A stretch of DNA of 64,000 nucleotides, from positions 448,001-512,000 of the forward strand of contig CAVVMW010000006.1 in assembly GCA_963749495.1 (NCBI GenBank), in the 5' to 3' direction. The DNA is from an uncultured bacterium (GTDB taxonomy: Bacteria > Verrucomicrobiota > Verrucomicrobiia > Limisphaerales > UBA8199). The notes below the pieces were generated by a model. The model saw only the letters and a program-made list of their open reading frames with translations. It was not told the DNA's origin and did not search any database. Positions 61,791-64,000 of this stretch are shown here, in pieces (the stretch's first letter is position 1; every line of letters begins with the position of its first letter). Made by a program: the position numbers and the translations under genes.

Positions 61791-63999
61791 CCCACCCTTC
61801 TTGTCGTTGGGGAGGGCGACCGGAGCGTTGGTTTTATTCTCGGGGAAGAGGGGTTCAAGGATCCGGCGCTCCATGCCCTGGGTCCCGAAGCTCTTCTGGA
61901 TGGAGGAGTTGTCCAATTGCTCGCGGGTGACGGAGAGGGCGGAGTTGGTCGTAGCCATCGCCTGGCCATTGATGAGGACCTGCGGGGTCAGGAGGATGAG
62001 CAATTCGGTGCGAATGGTCGTCTTGACATTGCTGCGAAAGAGGGCGCCCAGGAGGGGAATCGAGCCTAGAACGGGGAAGCGTTTGCTGTTGAGTTCATCG
62101 GAGGTGCTGATGAGGCCGCCGATGAGAATAGACTGGCCGCTCTGAACGGTGACGACCGTGCTGGCGGTGCGCTGGTTGATGATGGGGATATTCACGCCGG
62201 AACTGACGTTGACCGTGGCCGCGCTCAACTGGGTCACTTGCGGGTTGACGCTCATTTTGACAAAGCCATCCGGGCTGATGGTGGGAGTCACGGTCAGGGT
62301 GACGCCGACATCCTGCATGGCGTAAGTATTGGCGGTGTTGCCGGTCAAGCCGATGACCTGGCTGCCGTTGACCACCGGGACCTGCTGGCCGACCTTGATC
62401 TGGGCCTGCACGTTGTTGAACAGTCAGGATCTGGGGACGGCTGAGCACCTGGAGGCGGTCCTCGGTCTGGAGGGCGCGGAACAGGAAGTTGAAGTTGTCG
62501 CCCGAGATAGCGGAGCCGAAGCCGCCGAAGTTCTTGAGGGCATCGGCCACGCCGAAGTCGGTGCCGGTCTTGGTGCTGGGATTGCCGCCGGAGCTGTAGG
62601 TCCATTCGACGCCCAGTTCGTCGCCCTTGGTGAGGGTGACCTCGGCCAGGAGGACCTGGATGAGGACCTGGCGCTGAGGCTGGTCCAGTTGCTCGACCAG
62701 TTCCTTGATCTGGGGGAAGTTGCGCGGAGCGGCCGAGATGAGCAGGGTGTTGCTGTTGGTGTCGGCCACAATGGTCGGCCGGCGGTCGAGCAGTTCCTGG
62801 GTCATGACCTGGGCCCCGAGAGCGGCCACGAGCAATTGCGCGTCTTGGCTGAAGAAGTTCTGGAGCGAGGTCTGGACCAGCAGCGCCTGCGAGTTCTTCA
62901 CACGATAGACCTCGTACTTGCGTTCCTGGGCCGGGCTGGCATCCAGGGTCTCGATGATCTCCGTGGCGAGGTCAACATAATGTTCGGTGCCCCCGACGAT
63001 CAGGCTGTTGCTGCGCAGGTCCACCGCCACCGTCAGCGCATTCTCTTCCGCCGTTCCGATCACGGCCGAGGCGCCAGCCTCGTCCGGGCCCGCGCCAAAA
63101 GGGTCGAATTCGGCGGTGTCTCGGACCATGTTGTATTGGATGGTTCGGTTGTTGCTGGTGGGCTGGCTGGCGGACTGGCCGAAGGTGGATTGGAGATGGA
63201 AGAGGCTGGTCAGCACGGTCATCATCTGCCGGGCGTCGGCGCTCTTGAGGGCGAACACCTTGATGGTGGCGACCTGCGGTGAAGCGGCATCGAGCCGGGC
63301 AATGAGCGGCTGGAGCAGTTTCATGTATTCGACCGGGGCGGCGATGACCAGTGCGTTGGCCCGTATGTCCGGGGCGATGAGGATGGCCTCCTTGAGGGCC
63401 GAGGCGAGGAGGTCCTTGCCGTCCTGGGTCTGGCCGACGAACTGGAGCAGGGCCTGGCGGCTGGGGCTTTGGTTGTTCAAGGAGGTCGGCTTGGTATTGA
63501 GGATGGTGGTCAGGATGGTGGTCAACTGCGCTGCCCGCGCATTGGTGAGCGCGAAGATGTGGATTTGATCCACCTGCGTCACCTGGTCGGTGTCCAGTTT
63601 CTTGACCAAATCGGCAATGCGCCGGATATCGGTCTGGCCGCCGGAGACGATGACCGCATTGAGGCGCTCGTCAACATTGGCGGTGACGGGCGAGACGGAG
63701 CCTGGGCCGCCGGAGCGGTACAAGGTCGTGATGGTCGTGGCGACCTGGCGGGCGTCGGCTTTGACCAGGGGCATGACTTGCACTTCCATCCCGGACTCGG
63801 GCTGGACGTTGTCCATTTGGGAAATGAGCGACTCGACCATGAGGAGGTCGTCCGGGGTGGCGCCCACGACGAGCTCATTGGCCCAGCTATCCTCGACAAT
63901 CGTGATCGGGTCGGGTGTCTCGCCGCGTATCGTCGGCGGGCGCTTGGCGAACAATTGAGTCAAAGTGGACGAGAGCTTGGCGGCCGTGGCCTGCTTGAG
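61785..63999 (-). CDS. Large multi-N-domain secretin, 5'-truncated by the window edge (frameshift near 62420)
   Basis: Repeated N-domains (DERLNAVIV, DIRANALVI, DLRSNSLIV, DTNSNTLLI); QVLIQVLLAEV; ILIGGLI...PVLGSIPLLGALF...ELLILLTP. Confidence 0.9.
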
Positions 64000-64000
64000 C

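Overview
High-GC bacterial DNA, most consistent with Verrucomicrobiota (inferred from the LamG/Ig-repeat secreted proteins, the WD40 protein and DUF1080). Gene content: a WD40 protein, TolB-like and FGE-sulfatase proteins, a LysE/two ATP-grasp/GNAT cluster, an ISKra4-like IS with 23-bp TIRs next to a DUF4258/DUF2283-type toxin-antitoxin pair, and a six-hairpin glycosidase. Further on are two giant Ig-domain secreted proteins sharing a C-terminal 'F(Y/F)RV' domain, a glycosylation trio, a type II secretion cluster, and an AmmeMemoRadiSam locus that appears to be exported and is joined to a spermidine-synthase-like gene. The rest holds a filamentous haemagglutinin gene with ExbB/ExbD/TonB/ExbD, clpP-clpX-rnc, an ABC exporter, an Ada-like protein and a second large secretin. 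The most striking unexplained structure is a dense population of 7-, 8-, 9- and 12-nt tandem-repeat cassettes. They sit at stop/start codons and in frame inside proteins, form hairpin elements with a shared core, and flank a truncated four-helix-bundle gene. At least seven families of REP/REPIN-like palindromes are also present. About ten single frameshifts in intact-looking genes are probably sequencing or assembly errors. All product calls come from motif recognition by eye; no database search was run.
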